Shown piece by piece: positions 56,901-64,000 of a stretch of DNA of 64,000 nucleotides. The position numbers and the translations under genes are program-made. The first letter of the stretch is position 1. The number at the start of each line of letters is the position of its first letter. Below the pieces are notes generated by a model, which was not told the DNA's origin, did not search any database, and saw only the letters and a list, made by a program, of their open reading frames with translations. This DNA comes from Priapulus caudatus. Taxonomy: Eukaryota. The stretch is from contig NW_014577075.1 in the NCBI RefSeq assembly GCF_000485595.1, positions 891,021-955,020 of the forward strand, written 5' to 3'.

Positions 56901-58339
56901 TAACAGTTCACACGCCTAAGTATGGCGTAGTACAGGTAAGCTGTAGAATAAGGGTTTGCAGATGCTGGGAACATGAGAAGCCAATAAACATAAATTTCTA
57001 CTCCTCACTAATTGTAATACGGCTCAAGACTTTTCTGGATTATGAAGAGCTTCTGAGAATGTTACTCTAAAAATTTCCACTTGCTCTTTTTTTTAAATAG
57101 CACGAGGACAAATTTCCATAACCTGGCCTTCATAACTTGGGGAATGGCTAGAGATAGCCTAGAATATACCACTATTGAGTTTGGGAGATAGCTTTAGCTC
57201 ATGTGTCTACTTCGTGCTAGGTAATATTGGATAAAAGCCTAACCTGTGAACCAGTGATTCTGATAACGGGTTTGGTAAGTGGCTTGTACTTTAACTAATT
57301 CCATAAAGACCGGACGAATATGGCTTCCAGGTGAAACCTCTCGGTGTTATATGGGGAAAGTTTGAGCAGTACAGTAGCAGAAACACGATCATGTTCGATG
57401 ACGTCAGACGCAACTTTCTAATGAACCCAAACAATGGATTAAAGGTAAGGCCCTGCATTAGAAGCTATGTGCTAACGTAAGACTTAACGTGCAGACAGGC
57501 ACCTTCACAGGCTTTGGAGCTCGTCACAATTATCTCCTCACAACCACATTAACATATAGCATTCGAAGTCTAAAATTTTGGTTACAATTCACAATGTAAC
57601 ATTACGTGTGTAATGCTGAATTGCCTAACCTGTGTAAAATATGATATTCTCATGTTACGTGGTCACATGCAAAACAGATTATTAAAGCATTATAGAGCTG
57701 AGAAAATGATGTGGCCATTGTTATCTCCCTTTCTACAGTGAAGGTCTCACTGTTTCGCGTTTTCATTGTAGATACGGCCATTCAAGCAGGCTCACTTCAA
57801 CCGAGACAAGGACAAGGAGCTGTTGTACCTGACGAAATATCTAAGGGACATCGCCGCTCATGATGATTTCACTCAGCTCGACCATAGACGCTGGGAGAGG
57901 TGAGTAGTATGTAGTTTAAAATTTAAATATATTTACGAGAAATTGTGACATCGCTGCTTCTGCAAGTGAAGTTCACTGATACACTTTGAAAGTTTCAGTT
58001 TTTTTTAATTATTGCAATTAAAAATTCGATGTAAAAATTAAGTCGTGAAATATTATAGTTTCAATGACAGCATTCTCGGGGTTTTCATGTAAAATATATT
58101 TTAATTCAACCGAAGACATGTATGTATCAGGGGTTTTAGGCAATTATCTGAATTCAGAAATGGTGATAATTGCTTTGCAGTGTAAGAAACTATGTATAGC
58201 CGTAGTTGATAACCGTGGCCTGCTAACTATAACTTAGTGCAGTCACCAATCTTTCAGGTATAAGCCCTCCAAGAAGTTAAAGGCAGCTGTGTTGTCACCA
58301 GGTGACAACGGTGACGAAGGTGATGCAGCAGATGTGTGA
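50216..58339 (+). CDS. UBLCP1: Ubiquitin-like domain-containing CTD phosphatase 1, 9 coding exons, 337 aa
   Basis: Exons 50216-50375, 54113-54204, 54611-54696, 54954-55069, 55695-55793, 56799-56935, 57331-57444, 57772-57899, 58258-58339 (TGA); all GT-AG, 1014 nt. N-terminal UBL (VKWGGQQY...ERQKLLGLK), HAD motif [42 protein letters not shown]. Confidence 0.95.
50658..50911. mobile_element. Foldback MITE with about 78-bp TIRs and a TTAGGG-like core
   Basis: AGGGTCTATGTCCCCCAGGGTACTGCCGGAA... inverted at the right end with few mismatches; spacer contains GGTTAGGGTTAGGGGTAGGGTTAGGG. Confidence 0.8.
53798..53975. repeat. Interrupted (GT)n microsatellites
   Basis: Direct reading. Confidence 0.9.
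55883..56179 (+). mobile_element. tRNA-derived SINE; central region resembles the Meta-SINE domain (from recall)
   Basis: Box A TGGCTCAATGG, box B GGTTCAACTTC, then GGTCATACCAAAGAC..AAAAATGGTAC..TCTCTGCTTAGC..TCAGCA, (ACTA)n tail, 12-bp TSD CTGCTTCTAAAT (55871-55882 / 56180-56191). Confidence 0.85.
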
Positions 58340-59018
58340 CAGTGATGACAGCAGGTGTGTGTCCATGATGACTAACATTACAGATCTGATGACAGTGACA
58401 CACACAAGTGACATGACATGACAATAACAGCATGAAAACAAGATAAAGCTCTAGCAGTAGGCATAATGACTTTTGAGTCAGGGTGTTGTGACAAACAGAC
58501 AAACATTCCAGATCTCTGTGCTGGTTTGAATGAGCTACTTGTACAGTGAGATAGAACTCAATAATCAATGTTATACCAGATTGACTTACGCTAAACAAAG
58601 AAAAACACATTGTTTATCTGCAATATCTTTGACTGTAAAATTGAGGTTTAGTGGAGCGTTCTACTGCAGTTACATGTGTATATTATTTAATGTGAAAAAA
58701 CAACTATGGTATTCCATATTTTCAGAATTAAATGCGTTTTGTATATTGAATGCTATTTTCCTTTTCACTAACTGATAGCACAGGGGAAACAGAAAATATA
58801 CTATGGCATGGTGGAATATAGTCAACAATACTGGTCAGTCTGTGTTCATCTAGAATGGTATTTAAAGATTTATCTTAGATTACCAATGAAATAGGTATGA
58901 ACTTAATATCTCCTTGTGTATTCATTTTCGTGATGTTTTTCTACCTGCCATTGTATAAAAAATTTAAACACACAATGTACCGCAAAGGAAAAATGCATTA
59001 AGCTCCCAGACAAAACAG

Positions 59019-59019
<1 letters not shown>

Positions 59020-59101
<82 letters not shown>

Positions 59102-59759
59102 NNNNNNNNNNNNNNNNNNNNNNNNNNNNNNNNNNNNNNNNNNNNNNNNNNNNNNNNNNNNNNNNNNNNNNNNNNNNNNNNNNNNNNNNNNNNNNNNNNN
59201 NNNNNNNNNNNNNNNNNNNNNNNNNNNNNNNNNNNNNNNNNNNNNNNNNNNNNNNNNNNNNNNNNNNNNNNNNNNNNNNNNNNNNNNNNNNNNNNNNNNN
59301 NNNNNNNNNNNNNNNNNNNNNNNNNNNNNNNNNNNNNNNNNNNNNNNNNNNNNNNNNNNNNNNNNNNNNNNNNNNNNNNNNNNNNNNNNNNNNNNNNNNN
59401 NNNNNNNNNNNNNNNNNNNNNNNNNNNNNNNNNNNNNNNNNNNNNNNNNNNNNNNNNNNNNNNNNNNNNNNNNNNNNNNNNNNNNNNNNNNNNNNNNNNN
59501 NNNNNNNNNNNNNNNNNNNNNNNNNNNNNNNNNNNNNNNNNNNNNNNNNNNNNNNNNNNNNNNNNNNNNNNNNNNNNNNNNNNNNNNNNNNNNNNNNNNN
59601 NNNNNNNNNNNNNNNNNNNNNNNNNNNNNNNNNNNNNNNNNNNNNNNNNNNNNNNNNNNNNNNNNNNNNNNNNNNNNNNNNNNNNNNNNNNNNNNNNNNN
59701 NNNNNNNNNNNNNNNNNNNNNNNNNNNNNNNNNNNNNNNNNNNNNNNNNNNNNNNNNNN

Positions 59760-59792
<33 letters not shown>

Positions 59793-59793
59793 C
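59020..59793. repeat. (CA)n microsatellite spanning gap 59102-59759, ending in (AT)n
   Basis: Direct reading of both gap flanks. Confidence 0.9.
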
Positions 59794-60430
59794 CTCCATG
59801 TTTCTAAACGTTTTACTATATTCATGTTTGAACTTTCCTAACCTGATTAGTGCACAGAAATGCTCCTAAATGTGTCACATGTTCAAACATTAATGTAAAT
59901 ATTTTTTTAATATGCATACATTAGAATAGATTTATGGGCTATAATAACTTATAAATATCGTGTGCATCATGCTTCTAAATAGTTATAAAAGCCATTTAAG
60001 AACTCAATTGTATTAATGATATTTTATTAATGCACTTAACCCATCTTTTGCACGTTTCTGTAATCAATTAAATAACAGCTTAATCGCAACCCAGTTGCTC
60101 TCTTGCTTTTATACAGAAATACTAATTACACCCATGCCTTACATTGTGATTCATCAGAATTTAACTGCATTACCAAGAAGCCAATATAACACACAAACTA
60201 TATTTAACTAACTTGGTCTTCTTAGTGCAATTTTTTGATAGAATCACTCAATTAAGTCCAATAAGATGGACACGCCACCTTATAATATACCATATCACTG
60301 GAATAGTTATTTTTCACACGCTTATGTGGCTCAGGCATGGTAAATCTAAGTGCTTCTGGCCATCTATAATAACACTAATAATAGAAGGTATCTCAGTCCG
60401 GCTATAGCAACTTGTCATCTACAGCCAAGG

Positions 60431-60835
60431 TTAGATGTTGGAATGAAACACTAGTGGTATGCCTGTGTAGTACAGGTGACACTCCACATCGTGCCTGCTC
60501 TGACACATATTTCTGAAATCTGTTGGAAAAATTGCTTGCTGGACAGACTACATCTTTTCAGCGTAGATGATGCCAATTTGAGTCTCACTCCTAGTACGCC
60601 ATTCTTTACATGCCATCACAAGAGCTCACTGCATGGAAAAATATATCATTTTTGCGATCACAATTGTCAGTTTATGCAGAAGAGCACCATAGGTATGCAA
60701 AAAACTGAGCATCAAAGGCACTTACCGTTGTAGTGGGCAACAAAGCGGACTGGACGGCCATAGTTTGCTGTGACAACCAACAGGACCTCATTGTTGGCAG
60801 ATGTTTGCTGTGTCTCAGGCACTCCTGTGCAGTAC
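60431..60835 (-). CDS. Probable last two exons of a CUB-domain-containing protein (remainder upstream, beyond or within the minisatellite)
   Basis: Exon 60835-60726 (tgtgcag acceptor, GTAAGT donor) encodes YCTGVPETQQTSANNEVLLVVTANYGRPVRFVAHYN, resembling the C-terminal half of a CUB domain (yCg..p....S..n.l.v.......F.a.Y). In-phase candidate terminal exon 60519-60431 encodes DFRNMCQSRHDVECHLYYTGIPLVFHSNI*. An alternative acceptor at 60628 would give VSSCDGM*. Confidence 0.55.
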
Positions 60836-61119
60836 CTGCACACAGAGGTATGCGTTCGTACACAGCTGGCACTCGTATTCACACATGCTAGCTTGCCATG
60901 AACGTCAGTTTTATGCAAGGAATTTCGTGCTTTTTAGACTGTATCCCCAAAGCTGGCAATCTTCAATAAAATTCACAATGCCCAACTACCCAGGAGGTGA
61001 TAATCCATCCATGAAATGCCCCATAAGCTAAAATTACCAACTGACCAGAAGATTACCAACTATATTGACTATGATGCATACCCAGGAGGCGACCATCTGC
61101 CAAAGAGACAACCCATACC

Positions 61120-64000
61120 AAGGAGATGACCTATACTAAGGAGATGACCCATGCCCAGGACACAACCTATACTAAGGAGATGACCCATGCCCAGGACACA
61201 ACCTATACTAAGGAGATGACCCATGGCCCGACCCGACACAACCCTATACTAAGGATATGGCCCATGTGCCCAGGACACAACCTATACTAAAGGAGATGGC
61301 CGCATCCGCAAAGACCAACCGAACTAAGGAGAGAACCATGCCCAGGTACAACAATCTTGTACAAGGCAGATGACCCACGCCCAGGACAGCAACTTGTACA
61401 CAGGAGATGACCACATGCCCAGGAATCACTGTACTAAGGAGATGACCCATGCCCAGGACATCAACTTATACTAAGGAGATGACCATGCCCAGTGACAACT
61501 ACTTAATACTAACGAGATGACCTATGCCCAGGACACAACCTATACTAAGGAGATGACCCATGCCTAGACACAACCTATACTAAGGAGATGACCCATGCCT
61601 AAGAGGTGAACCCATGCCTAGGACACAATTATACTAAGGAGTGACGGCCATGCCTAGGACACAACTTATACAAGAGAGACCCATGCCCAGGACACACTAT
61701 ACTAATGTCGAAGAAAATGACCTAAGCCAGGAACAACTATACTAAGGAGATGACCCATGCCCTTAAAGGACCACGCTAGTACTAAAGGAGATGACCCATG
61801 CCTAGAGGTGAACCATGCCTAGGACACAACTTATACTAAGAGCATGACCATGCCTAGGACAGCAACTTATAACTAAAGGAGATGCACGCGCATGCCCAGA
61901 CACTACTTATAACTAACGAGATGACCTAGCCAGGACAACATACTTATACTAAGGAGATGACCCATCCCAGACACTAACTCATACTAAGGAGATGACCCAC
62001 CCAACCCAGAACTTGTACTAAGGAGATGACCGCATGCCCAGAGGACACTACTTTATAAGGAGATGACCTCATCCCAGGACACTACTTATACTAAGAGATG
62101 ACGCCATGCCCAGACACTACTTAACAACGAGAATGACCCATTCGCCACAGACACAAGTACCTATACTAAGGAGATGACCCATGCCTGAGGGTACACTACT
62201 TGTAACAAGGAGATGACCATGCCAGGACACTACTTGTAGCTAAGTAGAGACCCATGCCAGGAACACTACTTATACTAAAGAGATAACCCATGCCCAGGAA
62301 CACTACGTACTAAGGAGATGACCATCGCTAGGACACAACTTAACTAAGGAGATGACCATGCCCAGGGACACACTTATACAAGGAAGAATGACGCCATGCC
62401 AGGACACTACTTATACAAACGAGATGACCCATGCCAGGACACACTTCATACAGATGGAATGACCCATCCCCAGGACACTACTTATCACTAAAGGAGATGA
62501 CCCATGCCCAGGACACAACTTATACTACAGAGATACGCATCCCAGACACCATTATACTAAAGAGATGACCCATGCCCAGGACACTACTTGTACTAAGGAA
62601 TACCCATGCCCAGACACTACTTATACTCGGAGAGACCCATGCCGCAGGCAACACACTATATACTAAGGAGATGCCCAGTGCCCACGACACAACCTATACT
62701 AAGGAGATGACCCATGCCCAAGAGGTGAACCCATGCCTAGGACACAACTTTATACTAAGGAGATGACCCATGCCCAGGACACAACTTATACTAAGGAGAT
62801 GACCCATGCCCAGACACTAACTTATACTAAGGAGATGACCGCATGCCCAGGACACAACTATACTAACGAGATGACCCTGCCCAGGACACTACTTAAAACT
62901 AAAGAATGACCCATGCCCAGGACACTACTTGTACTAAGGAAGGCCCATGGCCAGGATCAACTAACTACACTAAGGAGATGACCCATGCCCAGCGAACACA
63001 ACTATACTAAAGAATGATCGCATGGCCCGGACACTACGTACAAGGAGATTACCCATGGCCAGGACACCCCCTCATACTAAGGAATGACCCATGGCCCAGA
63101 CACATACTTAACAGGGAGAGTGAAACCATGCCCAGGACAGCTACTTTCACTTAAGGATATATCCCATACCAGTGAGATGACCCATGCCAGAGGTGAACCC
63201 ACTGCCCAGAACTACTTATACTTAAACGAGATGACGCCGTTATTCATGCCATGACACACTAACTAATGAATGAACCGCATGCCCAGGAACACTAATCTAT
63301 ATACTAACGAATGACGCCATGCCCAGGACAGCTAGCTTATACTTAACGAAGATACCCATGCCCAGAGACATCTACTATTAATATAACGAGATGACCCTAT
63401 CCAGCTGACACTACTTATACTAACGCAGATGACCTCATGCCCAGGACACTAACCTTTACTAAGGAGATGACCCAGGCCCAGGACACACTTGTATTTTTTT
63501 TAATTAATATTTTAAAAAAAAAAAATTCTAAGGAAATGACCCATGCTCCAGGACACAACTTATACTAACGAGATACCCATCCCAGGACACTACTCATATC
63601 TAAAATTAAAAAAAAAATAAAAAAACTTTTTTTTTTTTTACTAAGGAGATGACCCATGCCCAGGACACTACTTATCTAAGGAGATGACCCATGCCAGACA
63701 CAAATTGTACTAAGGAGATGACCGCATGGCCAGAGGACACTACTGTATACTAAGGAGATGACTCCCATGCCAGGACACAAACTTATAACTAACGAGATGA
63801 CCCAGCTGCCCAGGAACGTAACTCACCTAACGAGAGACCCATGCCGCAGGACACACTTATACTAAAGAGATACCCATGCCCAGGACACTACTTGTACTAA
63901 GGAGATGACCGCGCANNNNNNNNNNNNNNNNNNNNNNNNNGGAGATGACATCCCAGGACACTACTTTTACTAAGGAGAGACCATGCAGGACCATACTTTA
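61120..64000. repeat. 36-bp minisatellite running off the window end
   Basis: Unit CTAAGGAGATGACCCATGCCCAGGACACAACCTATA head-to-tail with many indels, no unique spacers. Confidence 0.95.

Noticed and set aside
58903..59825. ORFs of 268-298 aa
   Set aside because: Made of Ns and (CA)n.
63484..63640. Poly-T/poly-A interruptions in the minisatellite as retro-insertions
   Set aside because: More consistent with low-quality long-read sequence; no TSD or element body.
61120..64000. CRISPR array (36-bp repeat)
   Set aside because: Units are head-to-tail without unique spacers, there are no cas genes and the context is eukaryotic.

Overview
Eukaryotic (animal, probably invertebrate) draft-assembly window with five N-gaps. 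Nothing prokaryotic, no CRISPR, rRNA or true tRNA. I reconstructed three complete multi-exon genes by hand from splice sites and reading frame: KATNAL2 (minus, 16 coding exons, about 601 aa), glycerol kinase (minus, 16 exons, about 529 aa) and UBLCP1 (plus, 9 exons, 337 aa). GK and UBLCP1 are head-to-head with 296 bp between start codons. The probable 3' end of a minus-strand CUB-domain gene lies at about 60.4-60.8 kb, followed by a 36-bp minisatellite to the window end. Introns hold many non-autonomous DNA transposons (hAT-, Tc1/mariner-, Harbinger- and IS3EU-like termini and target-site duplications) and one tRNA-derived SINE. The block between the gaps at 24103-24112 and 30954-30978 is a noisy second copy of 20272-24102, probably an uncollapsed haplotype. 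It exposes polymorphic insertions and carries the only intact KATNAL2 first exon. Positions 1-9.5 kb are CpG-rich with no recognisable gene. I could not establish a new biological system. The best leads are 2-3 GC-AG introns, a duplicated GK splice acceptor, a satellite-armed element with a 6-bp target-site duplication (TSD), an unclassified 1.7-kb insertion and a possible GK deletion haplotype.
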